64,000 nt of DNA, taken from Hypanus sabinus. Its lineage: Eukaryota. Made by a program: the position numbers and the translations under genes. The notes below the pieces were generated by a model, which saw only the letters and a list, made by a program, of their open reading frames with translations, was not told the origin of the DNA and made no database searches. Position 1 is the stretch's first letter, and every line of letters begins with the position of its first letter. The stretch is from positions 30,752,001 to 30,816,000 of the forward strand of contig NC_082734.1 in NCBI RefSeq assembly GCF_030144855.1. Direction: 5' to 3'. Below are positions 39,610-52,225 of this stretch, piece after piece.

Positions 39610-40233
39610 ATGACCGAGACCGCAGAAGTGGCTCCACCGGCGGCACCCGCCGCCACACCCAAGGCTGCCAAGAAGAAGAAGACGGCCGTCCGGAAAAAGT
39701 CAACCGGTCCCAAACTGGGCGACCAGATCGACAAGATTGTGGCCGATTGCCACAGCCAGCGAGGGATGTCCGTAGCCGCGATAAAGAAGAGTTTGGCGGC
39801 CAGCGGCGTCAATGTTGATAAGCTGAGAAGTCAGATCAGGTTGACCATTAAAAGGAAAGTGGATCGCGGCTCCCTGGTTCACACTAAGGGCAAAGGTGCC
39901 TCCGGCTCCTTGAAGGTCCCTAAAAAAGAAGGCGCCGGGAAAGTCGTGAAAAAAGTGAAGAAACCAGCGACCAAGACATCTAAGACCAGGAAGGCGGTGA
40001 CCAAGAAACCTGCGGCCAAGAAAACAGGTGCCAAGAAATCTCCCGCCAAACGCAAAGTGGTTAAGAAAACTGCGGTTAAAAAAGCGGCAGCTAAGAAAAC
40101 AGCGACCAAGAAGACTACGCAGAAGTCCAAGAGCCCGAAGAAGGCCGCAGCCCCCAAGGTGGCCAAGAAACCGGCAAAACCCAAGCCGAAGGCAAAATCT
40201 GTGAAATCCAAGAAGACAGCGGCCAAAAAGTAA
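39610..40233 (+). CDS. H1: Histone H1 (207 aa)
   Basis: MTETAEVAPPAAP..., globular domain ending TKGKGASGSLKV, K/A/P-rich tail with SPKK motifs; ATG in good context ACCATGA. Confidence 0.95.
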   Translation: MTETAEVAPPAAPAATPKAAKKKKTAVRKKSTGPKLGDQIDKIVADCHSQRGMSVAAIKKSLAASGVNVDKLRSQIRLTIKRKVDRGSLVHTKGKGASGSLKVPKKEGAGKVVKKVKKPATKTSKTRKAVTKKPAAKKTGAKKSPAKRKVVKKTAVKKAAAKKTATKKTTQKSKSPKKAAAPKVAKKPAKPKPKAKSVKSKKTAAKK

Positions 40234-40257
40234 ATACATGAAAAACCCGAAACCAAA

Positions 40258-40273
40258 GGCTCTTTTAAGAGCC
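40258..40273 (+). terminator. Histone 3' stem-loop (H1)
   Basis: GGCTCTTTTAAGAGCC, ACCCA, HDE AAAAGAGCTG. Confidence 0.95.
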
Positions 40274-41389
40274 ACCCACATCTCCCAGAAAAGAGCTGAT
40301 CCTGAATCGCGTGAGTCCAGATCCTGGTCGGTTTAGATGCCAGTACGAACTATTTCCAGAAAACCCGCCATCCCCGGTTCCCCGCTGACATTCGGCGTTG
40401 CCGTCCCTGTTCCTTCCCTAGTAACTGAAATAAAACAGTATGGGATATCCGGACCGAGGCTCAATCGGACATGGATATGTTCCGCTTCAGTCTCCGTTCA
40501 AAGGGCCGTTTCTTTCTCACTTGATGCCGGGAGATGGTGGCACTGCCGGAGAATCCCTGTCTCACAGCTCAAAGCCCAACATGGAAGTTTCCCAATTCAT
40601 GGTTAATATGACTAAACTGCTGAACTATCGGTGAGGAGAGATTTAGGGAGAGGGATCCAGTTCTGAGAATGGACTGGAGGGGGATGAAACACAGAAATTA
40701 CCCGGTAACATGCTATGACTGTTTTTACACTATTTGTACTTTAACTATATAATATGCACAAATATACTTACTGTAATTGATTACTTATTTACTTTTTCCT
40801 GTATTATCGTGTATTGCATTGTACTGTTGCCGCTAAGTTAATAAATTTCACGATATATGCCGGTGATATGAAACCTGATTCTGATTCAGTGAAGGATTGG
40901 CGCTTCTGGAGGATTGCGCGGAGCGCTGTATTTCCATTCCGTATTCGGATTAAGTGTTGGAAATTAGCGGTTGGGACGAAGCTGGAAGATGAGAGCCCAC
41001 TTTCTGCTCTATAACTCCGACACTGTCTCTCTGCTCCGTCTCTCTCTGGCAGGTCAGGTCGCATGTTTGCAGAGAGTTGGTGCGGGACGGGATAAAGAAT
41101 GTTTGCATTTATCTATATGTTACTTCAATGTGGGTTCATGCAATCCTTTTGCGGCTTTGTTTTCTCCGAAAACTATTTAGTAAATGCAGTAAATAATATT
41201 GATCTCAATCCTCTGCGTGTCTTCCCGTTTCCGGCAGAACCGAATGCACTCACCTCGAGAAGCAATTCACTGAATATGCAAACATTCATTTAAGCTAATG
41301 GAGAGAAGTAAAAACGATTCTTTCAATGAAAGTTAAATTTGCTATTTCACGATTTCTATTAATTGTAAGAAACTAGCTCCGGCTGCTTT

Positions 41390-41640
41390 AGAAATTGGCG
41401 GGCGATTTGAAATTGACCGGGGATCCAATCTGCAGTCAGATTGGTTGAATTCTGACCCTCAGTCACCAGTTCCCATTTTTGGTCACAAATGATAATCCCC
41501 ACCCCCACCGCCGGGCAGCGTCAAACTGATTAAGGAAAGGCAGCCAATCACACCGCTGGGACCCTATAATGGACATCTTCATTCCAACCAACCAGAGGGA
41601 GCAGGGCGGCCCTTCATCAACGCTTTAAAAGCCAGACCCA
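41390..41640 (+). promoter_or_regulatory. H3 promoter
   Basis: TTGGCGGGCGATTTGAA 41395-41411, multiple CCAAT boxes, TTTAAAA TATA variant near 41624. Confidence 0.75.
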
Positions 41641-41694
41641 GCGTCTGCTCCGACACTGCAATCCTGATATTTCAGGCTGCAATCGGACTGCTGA

Positions 41695-42111
<417 letters not shown>

Positions 42112-42140
42112 ACCCGACCTCGGCACCAAGCACAACAAAA

Positions 42141-42156
42141 GGCTCTTTTCAGAGCC
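42141..42156 (+). terminator. Histone 3' stem-loop (H3)
   Basis: GGCTCTTTTCAGAGCC, HDE GAAAAGGGCTG. Confidence 0.95.
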
Positions 42157-42739
42157 ACCAATCCGGCAGGAAAAGGGCTGTCGATTGCTGTTCACTAACC
42201 TTTTGTTAATCACGCCATTCCTTTCCGTTCTTTCCCTGTGGGAATTTTGTTCAATAAGACATTACAGTTTCTCACAAACGCCCCCCCGCAACACGGCCGA
42301 CTGCCTCAACACAGAATCAGCAGTTGTGTGCCGCTGGGTTAACGGGAGTCTTAGCTGTTAGAGTGTCCCTGTCCCACAACCTAACCGTGTACAGTTAGGT
42401 TATTGTGATAAAGTTTTCCAGGTGTTTGCGGCTGGAAAATGGGTTTTAATCCATTGGGTAACCAGTCCCATTTCTGGTCGAGTCCCTGATAGGTTCACGG
42501 GGACGCAAGTCTGCAGAGGCTGGAATTCTGTTTTTTTTTCACAGAACGAAAAAAGTCGTTGGAAGCTCGCCTTAGACCACAGTTTGAGAAGAGACCGACC
42601 GCGAATATAAACTGTGGATCGACTTTTCGAAGCTCAATAACTAGAAATTTGTAAGTTAAATAACGCCCGGGTTGATATTGCGAAATAAATCTTCACCGAA
42701 TTAGTGATTCGATGCATACTTTTTGCAGGCTACAGATCA

Positions 42740-42850
42740 ATAAATAACTTTCGGCGGGATTTTCAAATTTCCGGGAAACTGGCAGTTACTTTCGGCGCTT
42801 TTCTTTCATTGGTGAATAAGGCAGCTCTCTGATTGGCTTACTGGGCTCAT
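42740..42850 (+). promoter_or_regulatory. Orphan H2A-type promoter module with no downstream gene
   Basis: TTCGGCGGGATTTTCAAATTT...TCATTGGTGAATAAGGCAGCTCTCTGATTGG matches the H2A promoter TTGGCGGGCTTTTCAAATTT...TCATTGGAGAATTAGACAGCTCGCTGATTGG. Confidence 0.65.
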
Positions 42851-43130
42851 CAGAAATGCATCCGAATTTCTTCTGCAGACGCTTCACGTATTCGTTCTCA
42901 TGGCCCAAAAGCCCCCAGCCATTCATGAGCTTCAACCTACCCCGAAACCACATCCTTAACAATCGACCCTCAACTACTGAGGTCAAACTAACTGGCCTGT
43001 AATTTCCTTTCTTCCTCTCTCCCTTCTTGAAGGGAGACATTTGCAATTTTCCAGTCCTCCAGAACCATGGCAGAATCTTGATTCCTAACAGATCATTACT
43101 AATGCCAGCTGGTCCTATCTATCCCCATTC

Positions 43131-43158
43131 CCGATGAAGGGTCTCGGCCCGAAACGTT
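43131..43158 (+). ncRNA. Minimal hammerhead ribozyme motif in a Penelope-like terminal repeat (about 43125-43250)
   Basis: CCGATGA-A-GGGT CTCG GCCC-GAAA-CGTT; core U4 changed to C, palindromic AACGTT helix III. Confidence 0.65.
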
Positions 43159-43749
43159 GGCTACTCTTTTCTCACAGATGCTGCCAGACCTGCTGAGTTC
43201 TTTCAACGTCGTGTACGTATTCTTCGATCCACAGCATCTGCAGTTGTATTTTTGTGTTTTGGTCCTATCTGCCTCCTCCTCTTTCAGCTCCCAAGTATCT
43301 CTTCTGTAGTAACAGCAATTGCACGCACAGTACTTCTGCTCCTTGACACTCTCGAATTTAAGGCATACTGCTCATGTCTTTCACATGCAGAAAATTGAAG
43401 AGAAGCCACTTCACCCACAGAATGGTGTCTGGACGCCACCACGGAGAGCAAGAAGGGAGCAGCAGGGATGGATTTTAAAGGACTGTCGTGGAACAGAAAC
43501 GGTGACAAGGACTAGCTGGGCTGATTTTTTAAAATATATATATATATATATCTCCTGAGTGCAGACAAGGTGTGTTGTAAATTCTCTTGGAACCTGAGAC
43601 AGAGTTTGAAATAGAACTGATTTATTTGTCAGAGATCCAGAACATTAAACTCCAGTCCCATTAAAAGTGAATATTAGAAGGTGCACCTCCCAGTCCCAGT
43701 GACCAGGGTGCAGAACTGGGTGTGGTGACCAGCAGCAGTAATTGCAGAC

Positions 43750-44483
43750 TGTGACGAGATTGTGAGGTTTATTCGATATGGATTGTTCCTTTAAAAAGAG
43801 AGAGAGTGTGTGCTAATTGAGAGCGCAACGAACAGCCCGTGGATTGCCATGGTTACAGCAGGGCGGAGCCGTATGATGGATAGCTGGCATTGAGCAGCTG
43901 TGGAAAATACAAGGTCAACTGGCTTTGTAGTCAGACGCACAGTAGATAGAAATAGACACTGGGTGAGCTTTGTGTGCCCACCAAAGGGTGGGTTTTGCTC
44001 GCAGTGTAGAAACGAGGTGACCGGTGGGAAGCTATCGGTGTGTTTAACCCTTGCTCCATCTTGTGAAAACGGTCCCGTTTCTGGGGTCACAGTCGGTGAC
44101 TTCAACGGGACTTTGAAGGACGATGTGGAAGATTCGATGGCATCGGCTTACTGGGAAAACAAATCATCTCTCTCTCGATCTGTACACTGATTGTTCTCAG
44201 TCTCTCCCTCCCTCCCCCTCCCCAATATCACAAACTGAACTGACTTCATACCTATACCATTGTAAGACTGTATCATTTACCACCTGAGCTTTGAAGAAGT
44301 TTGGGGTTTTCTATTTAAACACTTATATATGCATAAACTCCGCATAAAGCTGTTTGCTTTATCTTGTTTCATATTACTTTATTGCATAGTTACTAATAAA
44401 ATAGTGTTTGTTAACAGAAAACTCAGACTCCAGGTGTGTTCCATTTCTGCTGGTCCTTTTAACCCATTACGGGGCACGTAACA
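43750..44483 (+). mobile_element. Solo LTR (Gypsy-like)
   Basis: TGTGACG...CGTAACA termini, flanks AGAC/AGAG (4-bp TSD, one mismatch), AATAAA 44395-44400. Confidence 0.7.
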
Positions 44484-44519
44484 AGAGTTCGACACCAACA
44501 CCAACTGTGATGCAGCATG

Positions 44520-44720
44520 CAGCTTATTTAAACATCTTCCCCAGTGTGAGCTTGCTGGTGCGTCACAAGGTTGGATGACAGAGTGGATCGGTTCCCGCAG
44601 TCTGGCCTCTCCTCGGTGTGAACTGACTGGTGTCTACTTTCCCACAGTCTGAGCATGTGATTGTTCTCTCCTCAGTGTATTGGTAAGTGGGATCAGTACC
44701 CCTTCCCCCACAGTCTGAGC
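44520..44720 (-). pseudogene. Degenerate C2H2 zinc-finger array relic
   Basis: TGCTCAGACTGTGGGAA (CSDCGK) and GTTCACACCGAGGAGAGGCC (VHTEERP) pieces with deletions. Confidence 0.7.
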
Positions 44721-47120
44721 TGCTAAATAGGGGCCCTCTCATTTCAAATGGAGATGTGTGGAATCTCTGGGATTCTCTGCCCCTGAGGGTGAGGAGGCCA
44801 CATGACTGGGTATATTTCAAGTAGAGATAGGTAACTATTTAAGGAATCGAGGAACTGAGGGTTATAGGAACAGGTGCAGGAGCTGGGATCAGTGACAATT
44901 GTGTGAATAACCATAAGACCATCAGGTAACGGAGCAGAATTAGGCCATTCAGCCCATTGACCCTGTTCGGCCAATCCATCATGGCTGATTTGGTATCCTT
45001 CCTGACACCATTCTCCTCTCTTCTCCCCATAACCTTTGACACTCTTCCTGATCAAGAACCTATCAACCTCCACTTTAAATATACCCAATGACATGGCCTC
45101 CACAGCCACCTATAGCAAAGGGTATCACAGATTCACCACTCACTGGCTAAAGAAATTCCACATCTCCGTTCCAAAGGCTGTGCCCTCTGGTCCTGGGCTC
45201 TCACCTGTATGGAAACATCCATTTCTATCGAGGTTTTTCAATATTCAAGATCCTGCTCATTCTTCTGAGCTCCAGTGGCTACAGGCCCATGGCTATCAAG
45301 CATTCCTTGTATATTGACCTTCTCAGTCCCAGAATTATTCTCATTATGTTCCCCTGGACCCATCACCACCACAAATCTGGAATAATCCATCAACCCCACC
45401 CCAAGTCTGCTATGCCATCCCCCCCCACCCCCCGAAACCGCAATAATGGACTCTAACTGAGCTATATTTTCCTTTCTTTTGCCTTCTTAAAAAGTGGAGT
45501 AAAATTTACAGTTTTCCAGTCCTCCAGAATCATACCAGAATGCAGTGATTTTAAAGAGATTATTACTAATGCCTCCACAATCTCTTAAGCTTGTTTCAGT
45601 ACCCTGCATGGTAGTCCATCTGGTCCAGGTGGCTTGTTTACTTCTGCCCCCAACACTCTTGAGCTTCTGGCATACTTCCACAGTGAACACTGACACAAAA
45701 TACTTAAGTTCACCCACCATTTCCTTGTCCCATTGCTACCTCTGCAGCGTCACTTTCAGCGGTCTGATATAAACTCTTGCTTCTTATTTACTCTTAATAT
45801 TTCTTGGGGGGAGGGGCTTTTGGTGAGCTTTCTTCAAATTATTGGCTACTTTATCATCATATTCCATCTTTAGTTGCCTTCTGTTGCTTTTTAATAGCTT
45901 CTCAGTCCTTTTCTTTCCTACAATATTGCTCCATTACATGCCCTCTCTTTTGCTTTTATCATCCTTGACTTCCCTTGCCAGCCAAGGTTGCCTCATCCTC
46001 CTTTTAGGATATTATTTCTTCAGATGAAGCTATTCTGCACTTTCTGAATTTTTCAGAGAAATTCCAGCTATTGCTGCTCTGCCGTAATCCTGTTGGTTGG
46101 AATGGGAAAGCAACTTCAGCCAGCTCCTCTCTCATGCCCCTGTCATTCCCTTTACTCCACTGTAATACTGATTTTAGCTTCTGAAACTGCAGGGTGAACT
46201 CTGTCATATTTTGATCACTGGCTCCTGAGAGATCCTTGTGTTAAGTTCCCTTATCAAATCTGCCTCATTGGACAAAACCCAATCCAGAATAGCTGATCCC
46301 CAAGAAAATTCAAACACAAGCTGCTCTAAAAGGCCATCTCACAGGCATTCTAGAAATTCCCATCTTGTGATCCAGCACCAACCTGATTTTCCCAGTCTGC
46401 ATGCATATTGAAATCGTCCATGACCTTTTCATGTCTTCTCTGTATCATATCTTAATTTGTAATCCACATCCAGGCTTCTGTTTAGCAGCCTATATGTAAC
46501 TCCCACCAGGGTCTTCTATTATCCTTCTTGTTTCTTAGCTCTACCCACAATGATTCTACATCTTCCAATCCTATGTCACCTCTTTCTAAGAATTTGATAT
46601 CATCTTTTTACCATACAGCCATGCCACCCTCTCTGTCCAACTGACTCTCCTTTCGATACAATGTGTATCCTTGGATGTGAAACTCCCCACTATGATCCTC
46701 TTTCAGCCACAACTCAGTAACGCCTATAATGTCATACTTGCCAATCTCCAACTGCTCTACAAGATTATCTATCTTATTCTGTATGCTGTGTACATTCAAA
46801 CTTCAGTCCTGTATTCATCACCATTTTTGATTCTGCCCCCATATTACATTTCAACTCATCCCACTGACTTCCAGTTTACCCCATCATTAACTCACTACAC
46901 GCTGCGTCTAGTTTAATACCAACCTCCCCATCCATCAGCCATATCATTCCAGTTTCCAACCCCTGCTAAATTAGTTTAAACCCTACCCAAGAGCTTTAGC
47001 AGTCTGCTTGCAAGGATATTGGTCTCACTTAGGTTGAAGTGTGACCTGTCCTTATTTTGGCTCAGGTCATACTTTCCCCAGAAGAGATCGCAATGATCCA
47101 GAAACCTGGAACCTTGCCCC
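44720..47120 (-). mobile_element. CR1 fragments (mostly minus strand; ORF1 end, EN, RT start, 3' ends)
   Basis: NVHSIQNKID...GVTELWLKEDH; SDQNMTEF; ORF1 stop GGTTTAAACTAA at 46971-46982. Confidence 0.8.
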
Positions 47121-47637
47121 CTCAACAAAAACTTGCGATATTTATGCTACAAATAATTTTTTTTAATTGGTTTATGAAATATCAAAGTGTATATATGCTT
47201 CAAAGTAGCCATAGGATTATGCCATAGTTAGGCAAATTAGTAGGCACACCTGAGTTTGAACTATTCTGTTAATAATAAAGATGTAAATTATGGAAAGATA
47301 TATTACTGTAAATAATACAACTTGTAATATTGAGTGACCCCAGTATCCAAGACTTAAAAATGAATACAAACAAAGAAATCCCATCCATCACTTCAAAATT
47401 CAAAGTTAACTTATTGTCCATATACATTTTTGTCACCATATACAACTCCGATTCATTTTTTTCAGGCATACTAACTAAGTCCAATAACCAGAATAGAATC
47501 AAGGAAGGGCAACACCAGCAAGGCAGACAACCTGTGTGCAAAAGAAAACAAACTGTGCAAACGGAAGTATTTTCATCTGATTCTGTACGAACATGTTCAG
47601 CAAATTATTTACGATATGTCTTCAGACTCGTCAGGTA

Positions 47638-47817
47638 TAGTACTGTGCAAAAGTCTTAAGCACATACATAAACAAGAGAAAATCTGAAGATGCTGTAAAT
47701 CTGAGCAACACAACAAAATTCTGGAGGAACTCAGCATCCATGGAAAAGAGTACAGTTGACGTTTTGGGCCGAAATGCTTTATATAGCTAGGGTGCCTAAG
47801 ACGATTGCACAGTACTG
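47638..47817. mobile_element. Tc1-type MITE with an inserted Penelope-like terminal fragment
   Basis: TIRs AGTACTGTGCAAAAGTCTTAAGCAC / GTGCCTAAGACGATTGCACAGTACTG. Confidence 0.75.
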
Positions 47818-48082
47818 ATATGCCAACGTGGAGCAGGAGCTAGGGATGTCGGGAATGGGGAGGGTAGAGTGCTGCAGGAGGGGCGTGGGACAGGTGGCAG
47901 AGAAGGAGTGCTAGGGACGAAGCATGGCATTGGATGCAAACTCACTAGGTTCCTGAGACTCCAGGTAAGATAATTTCATTCCAATAGAGACCTATATCAG
48001 AACCAATTTTATCATCACTAGTATATGCCATGAAATGTTTTTTTGCAGCAGCAGCAATGCAGTGCAATATATAATATAACTA

Positions 48083-48157
48083 CAGTACTGGGCGAAAGTC
48101 TTAGGCCTCCATGCTCTACAGATATATATATATATTTAAGACTTTTGCACAATCCTG
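48083..48157. mobile_element. 75-bp Tc1-type MITE with (TA)n centre
   Basis: TA-CAGTACTGGGCGAAAGTCTTA...TAAGACTTTTGCACAATCCTG-TA. Confidence 0.75.
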
Positions 48158-48720
48158 TATGTAACTACAACACTTCTTCCCTATAACTGTTCATGTTCCT
48201 CCTTGACTGCTAAGAGAAGGTCTAATCCCATACAATTTTGGGGAACCCTCTTACGCCTGCTGAACATTTCTGTTGTTACCTTTCCCAAGGCTTCAGCAGT
48301 GTCATTGCTTTCTCTTCCTAAGGCTGCAGCAACATCTTTAATTTTGTGTATACTCCTTGTGGACACCATAAAATAGGAATAAAATTGATGCTAAACAAAT
48401 TCCTTCTGAAATGTGTCATTCTAGACTTGGGAGGTAAAGCTGAGGTCCCTCTCCCCCTTCTCTTTCTCTCTCCCTCTCCCTAAATAACAACATCCTAACC
48501 AATTATGTGGAAGAGAGGTGAAGGCTCCATTCCCTCACAAAGTAGGTATTGTTCCATGAACTTAGACCATTTCATATTACTTGACAGGAGCTTTCTGGAT
48601 TGTAATATTTTACTGATATTCCATAAAAATTCCAGAATTACTACCCCATTCAGGACATTGTGGAGTGTAAATGCACAAACTATTCCCTACTGGAATGGTA
48701 GCTTCTGAACTCAAGCTAAA
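48158..48720 (-). mobile_element. env: Endogenous retrovirus env relic (gamma-type SU end and TM ectodomain)
   Basis: YLLCEG...LPHNWLGCCYLG; ASILFLFYGV fusion-peptide-like stretch; heptad repeat; ISD PQNCMGLDLLLA-QGG; [*]TVIGKKCC = CX6CC; frameshifted. Confidence 0.8.
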
Positions 48721-48754
48721 TGTCGCTTAAATAGTAAACAAATGAAAAAATTTA

Positions 48755-51170
48755 ACATGAGGAAATCTGCAGATGCTGGAAATTCAAACAACTCACACAA
48801 AATACTGGTGGAACACAGCAGGCCAGGCAGCATCTATAGGGAGAAGCGCTGTTGACATTTCGGGCCGAGACCCTTCGTCAGGACTAACCGAAAGGAAAGA
48901 TAGTAAGAGATTTGAAAGTAGTGGGGGGAGGAGGAAATGCGAAATGATAGGAGAAGACCAGAGGGGGTGGGATGAAGCTAAGAGCTGGAAAGGTGATTGG
49001 CGAAAGTGATACAGAGCTGGAGAAGGGAAAGGATCATGGGACGGGAGGCCTCAGGAAAAAGAAAGGAGGAGCGGGGGAGCACCAGACGGAGATGGAGAAC
49101 AGGCAAACAACTAAATATGTCAGGGATGGGGTAAAAAGGGGAGGAGGGGCATTAATGGTAGTCAGAGAAGTCAATGTTCATGCCATCAGGTTGGAGGCTA
49201 CCCAGCCGGTATGTAAGCTGTATTTCCTCCAAACTGAGTTTGGATTCATTTTGACAATAGAGGAGGCCATGGATAGACATATCAGAATGCGAATGGGACG
49301 TGGAATTAAAATGTGTGGCCACTGGGAGATCCTGCTTTTTCTGGCAGACCGAGCGTAGGTGTTCAGTGAAATGGTCTCCCAGTCTGCGTCGGGTCTCACC
49401 AATATATAAAAGGCCACACCGGGAGCACCGGACGCAGTATACCACACCAGCCGACTCACAGGTGAAGTGTCACCTCACCTGGAAGGACTGTCTGGGGCCC
49501 TGAATGGTGGTGAGGAAGGAAGTGCAAGGGCAGGTGTAGCACTTGTTCTGCTTACAAGGATAAGTGCCAGGAGGGAGATCGGAGGGAAGGGATGGGGGGG
49601 ACGAGTGGACAAGGGAGTCATGTAGGGAGCGATCCCTGCGAAAAGCAGAAAGTGGGGGGAGGGAAAAATGTGTTTGGTAGTGGGATCCTGTTGGAGGTGG
49701 CGGAAGTTACGGAGAATTATACGTTGGACCTGGAGGCTGGTGGGGTGGTGGGTAAGGACAAGGGGAACCCTATCCCGAGTGGGGTGGTGGGTGGATGGGG
49801 TGAGGGCAGATGTGCGGGAAATGGGAGAGATGCGTTTGAGAGCAGAGTTGATGGTGGACAAAGGGAAGCCCCTTTGTTTAAAAAAGGAAGACATCTCCTT
49901 CATCCTGGAATGAAAAGCCCCATCCTGAGAGCAGATGCAGCGGAGACAGAGGAATTGTGAGAAGGGGATAGCCTTTTTGGAAGACACAGGGTGAGAAGAG
50001 GAATAGTCCAGGTAGCTGTGAGAGTCTGTAGGCTTATAGTAGATATCAGTAGATAGGCCGTCTCCAGAGATGGAGACAGAAAGGTCAAGAAAAGGGAGGG
50101 AGGAGTTGGAAATGGACCAGGTAAATTTGAGGGCAGGGTGAAAGCTGGAGGCAAAGTTACTGAAGTCAATGAGCTCAGCATGCGTGCAAGAGGCAGCGCC
50201 AATGCAGTCGTCGATGTAGCGAAGGAAAAGGGGAGGATGGATACCGGTATAGACTTGGAACATGGACTGTTCCACAAAGCCAACAAAAAGGCAGGCATAA
50301 CTGGGACCCATACGGGTCTATACCCTTGGTTTGGAGGAAGTGGGAGGAGCCAAAGGAGAAATTATTGAGAGGAAGAACTAATTCTGCTAGACGGAGGAGA
50401 GTGGTGGTAGAGGGGAATTGGTTAGGTCTGGAATCCAAAAAAAAATGAAGAGCTTCGAGACCATCTCGGTGGGGGATGCAGGTATATAGGGACTGGACGT
50501 CCATGGTGAAAATACGACGGTGGGGGCCAGGGAACTTAAAATCATTGAAAAAAATTCAAAGCATGAGGAGTGTCATGAACATAGGTGGGAAGAGATTGAA
50601 CAAGGAGGGATAAGACAGTGTCAAGGTATGCAGAAATGAGTTCAGTGGGGCAGGAGCAAGCTGAGACAATAGGTCTACCTGGACAGGCAGGTTTGTGGAT
50701 CTTGTGTAAGAGATAGAAACGGGAAGTGTGGGGTGTGGAAACTGTGAGGTTGGTGGCAGTGGATGGGAGATCCCCAGAGCTGATAAGGTTGGTGATGGTA
50801 TAGGAGACAATGGCCTGGTGCTCCTTAGTGGGGTCATGATCAAGGGGTAAATAAGAGGAGGTATCAGAGAGTTGTCGCTGTGCCTCAGCCAGGTACAGGT
50901 CAGTACGCCAGACAACAACAGCTCCCCCCGTATCAGCAGGTTTTATAGTGAGGTTGGGATTGGTGCGGAAGGAGCGGAGAGCAGAGCGTTCGGAAGGAGT
51001 GAGGTTGGAATTGGAACAGGGTGTGGAGAAGTCAAGACAGTTGATGTCCCGTCAGCAATTAGCAATAAAGAGATCCAGAGCAGGCAGAAGACCAGAGCGG
51101 GGTGTCCATGAAGAGGAGGAGGGTTGAAGACGGGAGAAGGGGTCATCGGTAGGGGTAGGAGAGTCCTTGT
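48755..51170 (-). mobile_element. Penelope-like retroelement (Neptune-like), 5'-truncated and frameshifted
   Basis: RT motifs MDVQSLYT, MGPSYACLF, FLRYIDD, FLDL; GIY-YIG VYCVRCSRCGLLYIGETRRRL; 3' terminal repeat 48755-48890. Confidence 0.92.
48851..48885 (-). ncRNA. Minimal hammerhead ribozyme motif of the PLE
   Basis: Minus strand AGTC-CTGACGA-A-GGGT CTCG GCCC-GAAA-TGTC-AAC. Confidence 0.7.
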
Positions 51171-51714
51171 CAAAGAAAAGATATGAAAAGATTTAACAAC
51201 TTTGTCATGAACATTAGATGTGGCAGATCACAGGGTAAGGCATGAATAGGGTCAGATATGATATTCCCTTAATCACGTGATTATATTTACATAAATGATC
51301 CTGTTTAATACGATATGGGGGGGCGTGATCATTGTATACTTACAAACAGAAGAAATTCTGCAGTTGCTGAAAATCCAAAGCAACACACTGGCGATCAGAC
51401 AGCATCTATGGAAATTAATAAACAGTGAATCATATGTATAATGTTTACATTACCATTGCTGGAATGCCTAATATAGGGGGCGCATGTTTGTTCTGGATCG
51501 TCAGGAAGACCACACATTAAAGGCCCAACATGAATGAATACCGGTACTGATGTGTGCGGTATATTATTTCATCATTGTCGTCCTCACTTGAGACACGAGA
51601 GGTCGCTGCAGAGTCTATGCACGGACCCGCTGCAATTCTCCGGAGTTGAGGTGTCTGTCTCGGACAGTCCAATTAGGCTGTAATTCTTTGGAACAATACC
51701 CAATTCAATATGTC

Positions 51715-52225
51715 AGTCCATGGCCTCCTCTATCGCCACGAATGGGCCGCACTCAGGTTGGACGAGTAACACCTCATATTCCGTATAGGCAGCCTATAAA
51801 CTGATGGCATGAACATGGTTTTCTCGAACTTCCTGTTATTACTACCCCCCCTCCCTTCACCATTCCCCATTCCTGGTTCCCTCTCCCATCTTATCTCCTT
51901 ACCTGCCCACATCACCCTCTGATGCTCCATCCCCTTCCCTTTTTTCCATGGTCTTCAGTCCTCTCCTATCAGATTCCCGGCTCTTTACTTCTCCCCCTCT
52001 CCTGGTTTCACCTATCACCTGCTACCTTGTACTTCGTCCTCCCCTCTCCCGGGTGGGGGGGGGGGGCAACCTTCTTACTCTGACCTCTCTTCCTTTCCTG
52101 TCCTCATGATGGGTCTCAGCCCAAAACATCTACTCTTTTCCGTATATTCTGCCTGACCTGCTGAGTTCATCCAGCATTTTGTATGTTTTGTATTAGATAT
52201 CTAGCATTTTCAGATTTTCTTTTGT
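51715..52225 (+). mobile_element. Penelope-like 3' fragment, opposite orientation
   Basis: Homologous to 48760-49280 (GIY-YIG end GSL.xDGMN and terminal repeat). Confidence 0.8.
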
